Assembly: GCF_006345805.1 (NCBI RefSeq)
Contig: NC_043005.1
Coordinates: 30,876,001-30,940,000, forward strand
Source of the DNA: Octopus sinensis
Lineage: Eukaryota
Direction of reading: 5' to 3'
Length of the DNA stretch: 64,000 bases
Of this stretch, positions 1 to 13,220 are shown one piece after another. How positions within the stretch are numbered: position 1 is the stretch's first letter; each line of letters begins with the position of its first letter. Below the pieces are notes generated by a model, which ran no database searches, was not told where the DNA came from, and was given only the letters and a program-made list of their open reading frames with translations. Both the position numbers and the translations under genes were made by a program.

Positions 1-955
1 GGGGTTTCACTGTGGTAGAGGTGATCTCAAACCCGGCAAATTCGAACTTAGTGGGATTCAGAATGATGCCATTGGATGGCCTGAAAGAAAACTTCCTCAA
101 TGGTGTTCAACCACATCAAGGTGTCATTGATGCACTTCATTTTCTGGGGGATGCTTGAAACAATCTCATTGAACCGTCAGTTGTAACCGTCCCCTGAAGT
201 GATGTAATCCCTGTGGTGCAATGCAATAGTAGAAGCGGCCCCAGGGCATGATGTAGGTTAGGCGGCAGTCCCTCTCATCCAGGGCAATGCTGTGGTAGCC
301 ATTCCCAGCGTCGAAGAGTTTTTCGGGTGTGGGGTGGTACAGAGTAAGCTTGGTGAAATTGGGATTGGGTGTGATGTGTCTCACAGACCACGTGTCAGTT
401 GAGGGGCTGAAGATTGACAGTTCACCAAGGTTTTCCAGATTTGTTGGGGCATACCACCATTCTGTGGCACCAGGTGACAGGTGTACTAATGGGGACAGGC
501 TCGATAACTCCAAGTTGGATGTCATGGTTGATACCTGTTTTCACTTCCTCTTGCCAATGAACCAGGGCTGGTATGGGTGACTGGTTTAGCATCAGGGTCC
601 ACCATTAAGTAGATCAGTGGGCCAGACATCTTAGGGAGTTGCTGATGTTCACAGACGTTGAATGTGCTGGAGCTGTAGTATTCTAGCTGCCACTTCTCCT
701 GGGACCATGGTTCTCCTCAGTGGCCGGCAATGGTAGTGAGGTGGGAGGAGGTGGGGTGTTTGTCATAGGGAGCAGATGCACACATTCTGAATCCTTGTTG
801 CAGGAGATGTTTCCAGTAGGGTGCCAACATTCTGCCTAGAAGCAGTCACTCCTCTTGACTACATGTAATCCCTGGGTGGACTGTTGGTAGACATTGAGAT
901 GTGTATCTTCCAGTTTTGTTATCTTCTGCAGATAGAAGTGCAATGACTTCTTGTA
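1..955 (-). mobile_element. Degraded Ty3/gypsy pol (RT) fragment, runs off the window edge
   Basis: DAGNGYHSI..., PWGRFYYCIAPQG, then after a frameshift GYITSGDGYN*RFNEIV...KCINDTLMW...NGIILNPTKFEFAGFEI (CIDD-type catalytic motif decayed). Confidence 0.85.
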
Positions 956-1932
956 CTAGAGGCAACTAAGTATGGAAGCATGGCTTACAACGTTTCCAGA
1001 TGGAGGGACCAATCTCTGATTTGTTGTGATCACATGGATGACTTCATGTCTATCATCTCCATGTATTGCAGCCACAGACATGTGTTTGGGTTCTTCTGGT
1101 AGAACTTCATACTTGACATTAGCAAGTTCATCACCACGTGATATGAATTTCTTAATGCCTATGTGTTGTACTACAACGATCTCCTCTGCTGTCATAGACA
1201 TGTTTTACCACTGAGGTGCCATCACATTCGGGTGTTACTACTGCTAAAATGCCCATTCCATAGAATGACACAGAACTGTCAAGAGTCCTAGTGTCATGAT
1301 CCATGTTATTGGCCACATATTAATCAAACTGTCCAGGGAGGAACTCCAGAATGTCCAATCCCTGGTTGACAGCTGCACTCCATTCATATTTTTGCACCTC
1401 TGAATATGAACTACAGAATCCATGGGCATTCAGTGTGTCACTCATAAATCTTGAGGCATAATGTGAATGCTTTTGCACACCTAGACCTAATTGCAATGGT
1501 ACAGTTAGAACTCTGGTGCTAGCAGCCTGCTTTATCACATGCCCCAATGAGCACACCTTCATCTGTTTTTCTTTTCCAACAATACGGTGTTCAGTAGTAA
1601 GCATTGTGATTCTGGAATATGCTTCTGAGATATCACTCATAGAAAGACTAGTTGGGTAAGTGTCCTTCAGTTGTACAACTGACTTAACATCATTTCAAAT
1701 AAGGTCGGTCACATTTTCTATCAGTCTCAACTTCTCCACTTCCGGATCACTATCCTTAGGCTGTTTATAGAAGTCATTCAGGATCACAGAAGCTGTACCT
1801 CAGGATGTTATAATATTTTGAATACCATTGATTTCAGTTATTATTATTCTCTCTCTAAAATGATCAAGAAGTTCATCTTTCATGTGAGTAAAACCATAAG
1901 GTTCTAGATTGGTGTCTTCCAGGAATTGCCTT
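956..1932 (-). mobile_element. Fragment of a large transposase-like ORF from a multicopy invertebrate family that I cannot assign to a superfamily
   Basis: HFRERIIITEING...PLQLGLGVQKHSHYASRFMSDTLNAHGFCSSYSEVQKYE...YVANNMDHDTRTLDSSVSFYGMGILAVVTP, with stops; resembles a recurrent DNxDHxxxTLDGxxTFHGMG protein family I recall from marine invertebrates. Confidence 0.6.
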
Positions 1933-2285
1933 ATTTTGTTAGTGGATAGAATACTGCTATATTTATGAGTAGCTGGAAAGTTATTGGATATAATTGAAAA
2001 TATTTTCTTGCATAATTTTCCTGTAACTGCTACATTATATGGTATGTTATACCATATATAGTTGCGTGATTTACAGTTCTTACGTTTAGGAATTCTTTTA
2101 TTGTTAGTATTACTCCTATCGGTAGGGTTTTCCCTAACTGAATTTTTGTCGGTGTGGTTTCTTTCTTTATGTTTTTTTATCTTAACCTCATTTGTATTTA
2201 TGCTGGTTGTATCTGTGCTTTTATTAGACCTATTTACTTTACCTCCGTTTAAAGAGCCAACTCTAGAATCTCTAATTTGTTTATA
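1933..2285 (-). mobile_element. Penelope-like element fragment (RT-endonuclease linker)
   Basis: KSRNYIWYNIPYNVAVTGKLCKKIFSIISNNFPATHKYSSIL matches the PLE IIWFNPPY...HFP..H motif. Confidence 0.75.
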
Positions 2286-2344
2286 TGATGGATGCTCTGG
2301 ATGGTTTATCATTTAAGTTTTTAACAATTAAGTTTTTAACAAAG

Positions 2345-2552
2345 GGATTTTCTGGGAGTAGAGGGCTTGATTATAATGATCAATACTTCCTAGACTGTCG
2401 CCCAGACCCCACACCAAGCACCCTTCTCCACCTGGCAGAGCTTGTCCTCTCCCTCAACTGCTTTACGTTCGCCGGGGAAACCTACCAACAGTAGTCTGGG
2501 GCCGCAATGGGAGCGAGAATGGGCCCCAATTTTGCCAACCTCTTTGTTGGCC
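2345..2552 (+). mobile_element. Penelope-like RT core fragment
   Basis: LLHLAELVLSLNCFTFAGETYQQ*SGAAMGARMGPNFANLFVG (PLE Q..G.AMG...P..ANLF motif). Confidence 0.85.
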
Positions 2553-2915
2553 CTTTTTCCAGTTGTTCAGTATTTCCTCAATCATTTTTTGGAAGATGAT
2601 TGGTAATGTTTTGACCTTTACTTTAAGCATCTCAGCACAAACTCCATCTAATCCTGATGATTTGCCATTTTTTAATTTATGGATAGCTTTTATGACTTCA
2701 TTCACTGTGATCTCTCCAATGTTGATTTCCAAGTCCTTACCCATTTCTTTTATTTTGGTAGAGATTATGGGTTCTGGGCGATTAAGGATAGTTTGGAAGT
2801 GATTCTTCCATTGTTCTAGCTTGGCTTTTTCATCAGTTATTTTGATTCCATCTGCACCTTGTACAGGTAGATCTTCCTTGGTCTTCACTATGCAGTCTTT
2901 TCATTATTTTGTACA
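2553..2915 (-). mobile_element. RTE-clade LINE ORF fragment
   Basis: LEQWKNHFQTILNRPEP...EITVNEVIKAIHKLKNGKSSGLDGVCAEMLK...WKKG. Confidence 0.8.
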
Positions 2916-3189
2916 GTGATCTTAAATCTTTATGTTTCGCAATTAATTCAGCTGTATGTATGCATGCACACGCACACACACACATACAACATAATTGAAG
3001 AAAAGGGAAGTCAAATCTATGTTATGAGCGTTATATTATTGATTCCATACTTCATACAAAGTTATGTAACATATGCGATATATGTAGCAGATGTAATGGC
3101 ATTATTGTTCATTCACTTCCTCCAAACACCCATTTGAATCACAATCGATTTATGAAATAAACCTGTGATGCAGGATAATTTTATATCAA

Positions 3190-3422
3190 TTCCTGAGTGT
3201 ATCAAGTCATCTGCTCAGTCTGGAGCAACGGCATCATACTGCCTGACTGGAAGAGGAACATAATTATCCCACTTTATAAAGATTGCCAAGACTGCATCAA
3301 TTATAGGGCTGTTACACACCTCTCAGTGCCTAGTAATTGCCAGGGTCATCCTGAACAGAGTGCAATATCATCTGCTTGTGTCTCAGCAGTTGGAGCAGTC
3401 AGAGTTCAGACCTAAGAAATCA
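3190..3422 (+). mobile_element. RTE-clade LINE RT fragment
   Basis: PDWKRNIIIPLYK..QDCINYRAVTHLSVP, then QQLEQSEFRPKK. Confidence 0.75.
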
Positions 3423-4020
3423 AGTTTCCAGTGGCATGGGTGCTTCAAAAGTGGAAGAACATCCCTGGAAGATGATGAGTGATCTGGAAGACCTGCCATG
3501 AGTGCTAACCTTGGAAATGTGGTATTATGCTTTGAGAATTTGTCCCCCAAGGTCAAGTTACCCATCAAGAGTCCTACTGCGATATTTTGAAGACATTCAG
3601 TGAAAGTGACTGGATCTATGGAGCGTGAAGAACTGGATTCTTCACAACAACAGTGCACCATGTCGATGAGCTCTTATCACTCATGAGTTTCTTGCCAAAA
3701 ACAACATGGTATCACTTCTGCATCTACCCTATTCACCAGAATTAGCACCTGCAGACTCCCATCTTTTCTCCAAGATGAAAATGCAGCTCAGAAGTTGCCA
3801 TTTTAGCATCATTGTCGAGATCAAGAGCAAATCACAGAAGGTCCTCATCTCACTTATGGAATATGACTTTCAGGCTAGATTCCAAAAGATACAGGAATGC
3901 TGAGACTGGTGTATTGCTGTGCAATGTGACTATTTTGAAAGAAATGATTTACTTAGCTAAATAAGTTTTTTTTTTTCTTAAACATAACTGGTCCGGAAAC
4001 TTTTTGATACCACCTCATAT
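3423..4020 (+). mobile_element. Internally deleted mariner (DD34D-type) transposon with 3' TIR
   Basis: FKSGRTSLEDDE*SGRP, FVPQGQ, HLPYSPELAPADSHLF, WCIAVQCDYFE, then ccggaaactttttgataccacctcaTA. Confidence 0.85.
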
Positions 4021-4636
4021 AACTAACAAACTAATCATTTATTATTCAGTCTTAATATATTCCGTGATGATTGTATTTTGTGCTAAGGAATAATATATTA
4101 TTCTGTTTGCTTAGTTTTAAGAAACCTCTGCATTAATTTTCTTGGACTATTGTTGAAAGGTTCATAAAGGCATAAAAATGGTTAATATTTTGTTATATCC
4201 TGTTCAACAAAGTAAATTAACTTTTTCATTTATACTTGTCTATCTGATACTTAAATGGAGAAATTTACTTTTCATGTTTCAAATTGGAACCCAATATAAC
4301 TTCTGTTCAAAATTAGAAATTATGCAACATTAATATATAATTTGAATTACATCATCTTTTAATAGAGACCATCAATTAAATATTATAGTATGATAGTCAA
4401 TTCATACTTTTTCCATATAAAATGTCAGTAATCTCATTTGATCTGAAATGGTTTGAAAATATTTTACTTGCTGTATGTTTTTTTTTTAATATATCGATGT
4501 TTGAATATGTATCTCTTATAATTCTACTAAATATAGTGAGTTGTTAATTATAGAATTTAGACTTGTAAATATATTCATTGAGTTAAAAATTTATCCAATG
4601 ACCAACACTGACTGGAATGCAACTTTTTTCTTATAG

Positions 4637-4678
4637 GCAATACACCATTGCATCTTGCTGTCATTCTTGGACACAAAG
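4637..4678 (+). CDS. ANKRD13C: ANKRD13C-like exon (first in window, 42 nt): [14 protein letters not shown]
   Basis: ttatag| acceptor, |gtaaat donor, ankyrin TPLH motif, phase 1/1. Confidence 0.93.
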
Positions 4679-7600
4679 GTAAATAATATTTCTTGGCTTA
4701 TTTATTAGTTTTATAGATATATTTCAAATATTTCAGTAAACTACAAACAAATCAAATGTATTTATTTGAATCATCGTTATATCTTATTTGTAGTGGTGAT
4801 GTTAGCTATGTGGCTCTGTGGAGCTATCAAGTATTGGGTCATCCCATAAATAATGTGGGTTTTTTTCAATTGCATGAACTAGAAGTCGAAGGGGGATGGG
4901 ATAAACTACCTGCATCAACTTGCTATAAAAGCAGATAGTAATTTTAACTTGTACTTATTTTTAGTGCAAGTTTTGAAGAGTGCAGTTTGATTTTAACAGT
5001 TATTTTTTCAAAGTTATAATGGAAGTGACGAAGGAGCATATTCGGCATATTTTGCTTTGTGAGTTCAATAAAGGCACCAATGCAACGGAAAGTGCAAGGA
5101 ATATTAATGCAGCATATGAGGATTGGACAATAAGTGTAAGAAAGGTGTGTAGTGTCTGATCATTGCAATGACTATGACAAAGAAAATTGAGCAGAGAATC
5201 ATCATCATTGTCATTTAATGTCCGCTTTCCATGCTGGCAGCTAGAAGGCTGTACCAGGCTCCTGCATCAAATTTTACCAAAAGCTTGGCATTACCTGCTT
5301 AGAGGCCTATGCAAAGTTTTCAAAGTCATCATCGTTCTCAACACAAGGAGATCTTGTGCAACTGAAACCCGAGTGTTTATTCTGGCCATTTAGATAAACT
5401 ATCTACTACCACTAAGTATTGTATTTGTGTCTGTAAGTGTATACATGTGTATTTTTCATACTGAATTTAAATTACTCCGTGGAACTGTGGAACCCATGAT
5501 GTAAGTAATAAATTTTAGAGTACTTTTGTTTATTTCAGTTTTATTTTCATCTTTACAGAATGTATCAAGCTTCTCTTAGATCATGGCTCTCCAATCCGAA
5601 TAAAAAATTGTTTAGGCTGGACACCTTTGGCAGAAGCTGTGAGCTATGGTAACCGAAAAACAAGTGAGTAATATCTTTTTAGATGACAGTTTTTTTTAAA
5701 AACTTCATGTATTTCAATATATGCTTCCTTTAAGTTTTGCAAATGAAGAATTTAAATGAAGAAATCAATATAAGAGAGAAATTTGATGTAGTATCACTAC
5801 TATCCAAAATCAAATTTAACTTGGATTAACAAGGGAGCTGTGACTTAATCATTTGACCTATAAACTTGACCTATAAAGTAGTCCATCCTTGTGATAACAA
5901 CAAGGATGGTATGACCACTGTTGAAATTGGAAATTCATGATATATTGACTAAGGGTATGATATCTTCAGAATGACGAAAAAGATTATAAATTACCAATTC
6001 AACAAATATAAAAGTACTAGAGTACCTAATGATAGGTGATGTTTTACTAAACTTTGTGATAATTACATTTTGGTTTGTATATATAAATATGTGGAGGTGC
6101 AATGGCCCAGTGGTTAGGGCAGCAGACTTGTGGTCGTAGGATCGCAGTTTCGATTCCAAGACCGGGCATTGTGAGTGTTTACTGAGCAAAAACACATAAA
6201 GCTCCACAAGTCTCCGGCAGAGGGTGGTGACAATCCCTGCTGTACATTTTCACCACAACTTTCTCTCACTCTTTCTTCTGTTGGCCTGCCCGCTTAGCCA
6301 GCTGGGTGGCATCATTTGAAGGATAAAACAATGCAAAGCGCATTGTGACCAATGTGTAGCAACATCTGATAGCCTGGTCGATCACGGTGACAGTGATATA
6401 TAAATATTCAATTTTTCCAATTGGAAGAATCATTGACAGATGACAGTTGCTAATGACAGTATAATGATGTACACAAAAACGCAAAAATAACTTGTAAATA
6501 AGGAAATTATATTTATCACTCCCCAAATATACAGATTTGATTACTTTTAATATGTACAATGTGTTGTAGTCAATGATTAACTCATTATTTTACCTTATCT
6601 TATTTTCTATAATAAACGCTCTACCTAATTTTACAAATGTTGTATTCAAAACTGCTTAAATATATGCATATTTACACATGGGCACATGATATTACAAACA
6701 GGTTACATACATTTTGTAAAGGTTTTTCAAGAGACAGTAGGTTTAGTTTATACAAAAGCTCTGCATCTACAACACATTTCATTTGAAGCAAAAGCTTCAA
6801 ATGTATATAATAAGCATTATTATTTACATTCACTACAAAAGTCTCTGAAGAAATGTAGACATGAGGAGGCACCAACACATATTGACCTGAATTTTTAATT
6901 ACAAATTTTTTTGTTTTTTGTTCTGCTTAACCCTTTAGTGTTTAGACTGGCCATAACCAGCTGAAAATTATTCTCCTTTATTTGTTTGAACCGGCCAAAT
7001 CTGGTCATATCTGATTTCTGTATGAAATTGCTAAAGAATAAACAAATTACATTATTGAATTCTCATAGCTTTGTGATAATGCATGATAAAACTTTTCCTG
7101 CCTTCATTCAAGTAAAATTACAGTGAAATTTTTGAGAATTCTTGTTTTTTTTTGTTCGTAGAGAAGTGTATATTTTAGTTTTTAATGACATGGTGTCAGC
7201 AAGTAGTGATTCTGACTTCAAAGGTTTTACTCTTGATGATGTACAACAGTGATTTGTCTTTGGACGAATCATATTGACATTTATGAATCTTCATTGGATG
7301 AGGAAGATTTTTATAATGCCATATTAAAGCCATATTATATCTTCATAGATAAATACATATTTTTTTACCTTAAAAATAAATATTTAACATAATAAATGGG
7401 TTGTAGGAAATAATCCTAATGTTTTAAGTTTCTAATTTAGATAATGGAGTTTTTTCTATAAGAAAAATTATTATTATTTTATTTATTTCTTTAAAATATT
7501 GTTTAACTCTATTTGTTTATTTATTTAACTGTTATCATTAACTTGAAGATTGACTATAATTTTAGTTCGAATTTATTTCAATTGAATTTAAACTTAATTG

Positions 7601-10600
7601 TAATTCGAATTTAATTATAGCCATGAAACATACGTAGTGTTTTTACCTATTATATTATATTTATCATTCTTTTTATACTTAAAAAAAAAAACTATATCTA
7701 CTATATATATATATATATTATATTTTATATTAATTATATTTATATTATTTGTTATTTATGTATTCGTTTATGTTTATCACTGTTTGAGTTGCATAATAGT
7801 GGTTTTATCTCTAATTCATATTTTATATATTTATACTGTGAAATTTGATTTAATACTAAATTGAATTTCTCCCTGTAAGTTTGGAGCTATACTCCCTAAT
7901 ATTATTATTATATATATATGTGTGTGTGTTGAAGCAAGGTCTAAAATCAAAGGGCCTTAAATTTAATTTAGCAAAAAGCATAGTTTTAGTAAGTAAGAGA
8001 GCAGATAAATCACAAATCCCTTCAGTTAAATGGCTCTGCATGGTACATAGAAAAAGCAAAGGTAGAAACTAAGATGTACCCAGTGCAAGCTATGGACACA
8101 GAAAAGGCGCAGCAATATCAGAGGAAGATAGTCTCCATCAAATGGCAGTAGGGAAAGCTAGAAATAGTTGATAGCTTCTGTTATCCAGGTGACCAAGTCA
8201 GTAGCAGAGGTGGATGCTCCGAGAGCATAGCTGCCAGAATAAGAATTGGCTGAGCAAAGTTCAGAGAGCTCCTACCTCTGTTGGTAACAGCCATGCTACT
8301 TGGCAGTGAAACATGAGCTGTAATTGCAAAGGACATGTGAAGGCTTGAAAGGAATGAAGCTAGTATGCTTCATTGGATGTGCAATGTCAGTGTGCACATA
8401 TGACAGAGAATAAACATCTTGAGAGAAAAATTCGGCATAAGCATCAGATGAGGTGTGTTAGAGAGACCCCTGTGTTGGTATGGTCAAGTGATGCATATGG
8501 ACAAGGACAGCTGTATGAAAAAGTACTGATCCCAAACTGTGGAGGGAACTTGTGGAAGAGATAGACCCAGGAAGACATGGGATGTGGTGGTGAAGCATGG
8601 TTTTCGAATGTTGGGCCTCATGGAGGCGATGACAAGTGACCAAAACATTTGGCAGTATGCTGTGTTTGAGAAGACTTGTCAAGCCAAGTGAAATTGTAGT
8701 CATGGCTGATGACAGTGTCATGTAACTGGCACCCATGCTGGTGGCACATTAAAGCACCCAGTCTTGGAGTGGTTGGCATTAGGAAGGAGATCCAACCACA
8801 GAAACCATGCCAAGTCAGACTCCAGCTCACCAGTTTTAGTCAAACCATCTAACCCATACCAGCATACAAAGCAGATGCTAGATGATGATGATGGAGCTCT
8901 TACTTCTGCTGGTGACAAAGGGCCTCTCACTCAGAGTAAAAGGTAGACTGTATGACGCTTGTGTATGAACAGCCATGCTACATGGCAGTGAAACATGGGC
9001 TGTGAAGGCTGAGGACATGCATAAGCTCACAAGGAATGAAGCTAGTATGATCTGATGGATGTGTAATGTCAGTGTGCATACGCAACAGAGTGTAAGTACC
9101 TTCAGAGAAAAGTTGGACCTAAGAGGCATCAGATGTGGTGTGCAAGAGAGATGACTGCACTGGTATGATCATGTGGCGAGAATGGATGAGGATAGCTGTG
9201 TGAAAAAGTGCCACACCCTAGCGGTTGATGGAACCTGTGGAAGAGGTAGACCCAGGAAGACTTAGGATGAAGAGGTTAAGCACGACCTTCGAACTTTAGG
9301 CCTCACCGAGGAAATGACTAGCGACCGAGACTTTTGGAAATATGCTGTGCTTGAGAAGACCCAGCAAGCCAAATGAGACCATAACCTCGTGACCTATGCC
9401 AGGAGCGTAACCAGCCCACTTATGCATACCTTTTCCTTCTTTGGACACTAAACTCTGCTTGCGAAGACCTGTTGAGGCAAGTAAAATCAAAATCAAATTT
9501 GATGACTGGCATCCGTGCTTGCGGGGTGCAAAGAGCACCATATGAGTGTGAACATTGACAGAGTGGCTAACCAGCTTCTGTGCCAGTGGCACATAAAAGG
9601 CACCATTTGAGTGTGATCATTACCAGTGTCACCTTACCGGCACTTGTGCTCGTACTAGTAGGGTGCCAAGAGCACAATCTGAGCATGATCGTTGCCAGAG
9701 CAGTCAACTGGCTTCTGTGTCGGTGGCACGTAAAAGGGCACTATTCGAGTGTGTTCATTACCAACGTCGCCTTACTGGCACCTGTGCCGGTGGCATGTGT
9801 AAAAAGATTCGAGCAAGGTCATTGCCTGTACCACCTGACTGGCCCCTGTGCCGGTGGCACGTAAAAAGCACCCACTACACTCTCAGAGTGGTTGGTGTTA
9901 GGTAGGGCATCCAGCTGTAGAAACACTGCCAGATCAAGATTGGAGCCTGGCGCAGCCTTCTGGTTCGCCAGCCCTCAGTCAAAATCGTCCAACCCATGCT
10001 AGTATGGAAAGCAGACGTTAAACAATGATGATGATGATGATGATATATATATATTAATCAATGAAATTCCAAGTCTGATTTTCACATTTTATGTTTTGCA
10101 ATTCTTACAATTTTACAATCTACTATAATAATACTCTTTACCGTCACAACATATGAATGAGAAAGGAAGGGGTTATAGATGAATAAGGAAGGAAGGGGTG
10201 ATGGCAAACTTGGTTGTGGGATGATGAAAGTTCTACGGTGAAAAGAAAAATCAAACAGCGTTTCAACTCTGTGTGTGTGTACAAGGGAAGTGTATGAATG
10301 TTTTTATCTATGATTATTTTGTACCTTATTTATGTATAAATTACTACAATTAGCTGTCATTTTTAATGGTATGAGGCCAACTATTATTGAAATGAACTAG
10401 TACTTTCATGCATTAAACAGTGATCAGGTTTATGTAGTGACAGTCGTGTTCCACAATTGACAACTGTCCACAGTGAACAGTTGTCAATTGTGGAACATGG
10501 TTGTCAGTACATAGACCTGATGATTATGTAATGCATGAAAGTACTAGTTTTTTTCAATATTGTAAAATTGTAAAAAATAAAACATGAAAATCAGACTTCG

Positions 10601-10672
10601 TTAGAATTTCATCAGTTAATATATTCATCTGTATACAATCATACAAACTCAGGTGTATCTATATGTGTGTGC

Positions 10673-10715
<43 letters not shown>

Positions 10716-13170
10716 CTTGGTCATCAGTGGCTGCACTTCACAACTTCATTTATTTTTATTTTATCTAGTTTCAGCTCACGAGCTGTGGCCATGCTGGGAC
10801 ACCGCCATTTGGTGTTGCCACATGATTTTACTTCACAAATGCTTTTTAGCAATTGCCATTTGGTGCATGAGAGAGTTTGATGCAGCTGCCCTCATCTGCA
10901 CCTCCTGCTGTGAAGTTGGTTCATCTGGGATGGTACACTCACAGGAAATCCAATGAGGATAAGTGAAATACTAAATGAGCAATTCAAGAGTATTTTCACT
11001 CCACCCCTAGGGCATTTTCAAGTCAGCAATCCAACTGACTTCTTTATCGCTGCAGATATAAAATCAGAGGCAGCGATGATTGATTACATCAATATAAAGG
11101 AAGACGATGTAATAAAGGTTATAGATGAAATGAAAACAAACTCAACTACTGGCCCCGATGGATTCTCAGCAATCCTTCTAAAAGTATGTAAGAGAGTCCT
11201 AGCAAGACCACTGCAGTTCCTCTTTCAGAGCTTCCTTGCAACTGGCAAACTTCCAAGAAAACTGAAGGAAGGTAAAATATGCCCTATTCATAAAGGAGGT
11301 AGCAGAGCGGAGGCCAAGAACTACAGACCTATCTCTCTGACCTCACACATCAGCAAGGTCATGGAATGAATAGTCAGAAGGAAACTAATCACCTTCCTTG
11401 AAGAAAATGACTTGCTGCCTGACACCCAACATGGTTTCCGACCAGGAAGAAGCTGCTTAACTCAGCTCCTACAACACTATGACTGGGTGCTGAAACGACT
11501 GCTCAACCACTCAAATGTGGAAGTCATATATCTCGACTTTGCAAAGGCCTTTGATAAAGTCGATCATGGAATGATATGTCACAAACTGCGTGATCTTGGC
11601 ATAGTTGGAAAATTGGGAGAATGGCTTCATGACTTTCTGAAGGATAGAAGTCAGGTGGTAGTAGCTAATGGGGCCACCTCAAATAACACGCAAATAGTGA
11701 GCGGTGTTCCGCAAGGCACTGTTTTAGGACCACTACTGTTCATAATGGCCCTCTCAGACATGCCCTCAACCACGCAGAGAGCCACGATCACAAGTTATGC
11801 AGATGATACAAAAGTTTCACAGGCAACCTCATATGTTCTTAAAATTTAAATCTACATCTTTATCTGTATATCTACCTTCTCTATAGTGTTACTACTTGAT
11901 TTGAAAGCTTTTGTATTATTGGAAAACCTATATAATTGGCTGATGAGCACTCAGCATCTTAAATCTGCTGTAATACTTACAACTTTTAATAAAATGATGT
12001 AGTGCAAAACAATTGTACCAAATTACCGGAGTCATTCTTGTTGCTTATTTTTGATTATAATCACCCCGCAAATTTTTATGGATAACACCATACAAAATTC
12101 TGGTGCATCTAAATTAAGTACCACATTCATTTGAATCTAAATTGTTGCTGAACCTATATGTATGTATGTATATGTATATATTTATAAACACACACATAAG
12201 AGAAAGGTAGATTGCTTTTTCCATGTATTAATTATCCTTTTCATTCCATCTCTGATGTAATTGATTTGAACCATATGAGAAGTTTAATTATAAAACTTTA
12301 TCCTTTTCCAGTTAAAACTTTACTTCATACACTCAAGCAGCAATCTCGAAATTCACTGGAGGAAAAATGGGCCCTACATATTCAAGCACTGCGAAATTTA
12401 GGAGACTTTTATTTGGAATTGCATTGGGACTTTCATAGTTGGGGTAAGTGCCCAAATGTTTTTAAAATAACTGCTGTTTTTCTATTAATCTTATAATAGG
12501 TGCAGTGGCTGTGTGATAAGATGCTTGCTTCCTAAGCACATGGTTTTAGGTTCAGTCCTACTGCATGGCATCTTGGGTAAGTGTCTTCTACTATAGCCTT
12601 GGGAAAACCAAAGCTTTGTGAATGAATCTGGTCAACGGAAATTGGAAGAAGCCCAGCATAAATGTATCTGTGTGTATGTGTCTTTGTGTCTCTTTTTGTC
12701 ACCTTCCACCACTTGGTAACCAGTGTTGATTTGCTTAAATCTCTGTAACTTAGCAGTTCAGTAAGAATGACTGATAGAATAACTACCAGGCTTTGAAAAA
12801 ATAAATACTGATGTTGATTCATTCAACTAAAAATTCTTGAAGGTGTGCCCCAGTATGGCTGCTGTCTAATGACTGAAACTGATAAAAGAAAAATTAAAGA
12901 AAGATATATGTATATATATTAATCATTCATTTTTCATTTATTTTTCCTTGCTGAGTTAGACAAATACATATTTTTAATGTATTTTTGATGTTTTACAGCT
13001 AAATGCCCTTCATGTTGCTAACTCTTATCTGTTTATTCATATAAGGGACTTTTCATGTCACTCATCATTAAAAGTGCAGAGCCAGCAGCTGATCTGTTGG
13101 CAGAGAATGTTAACAGGCATTACTGATTGTTGCTTAGCAGGTAAAGCATAGAATGTAAGCATTCACAAAG

Positions 13171-13220
<50 letters not shown>

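Noticed and set aside
1800-2312. 170-aa ORF as a novel fusion gene
   Set aside because: It is a chance in-frame joint of two transposon fragments and ends inside a decayed transposase
2062-2316. Hydrophobic ORFs resembling membrane proteins (also 7637-7864 and 35398-35922)
   Set aside because: They are antisense to A-rich transposon sequence or low-complexity T-rich DNA; no splice or homology support
1-4636. Upstream ANKRD13C coding exon or promoter
   Set aside because: No exon encoding the expected N-terminal ankyrin segment was found; the region is transposon mosaic and AT-rich intron
6092-6170. tRNA gene (also considered at 19466, 41845 and 62872)
   Set aside because: A/B-box-like motifs continue into multicopy SINE bodies and I could not form a full cloverleaf; these are SINE heads
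9580-9875. Repeat-spacer pattern resembling a CRISPR array
   Set aside because: The repeats are degenerate, the spacers are unequal and partly homologous, it lies in a LINE 3' UTR of a eukaryote, and there are no cas genes
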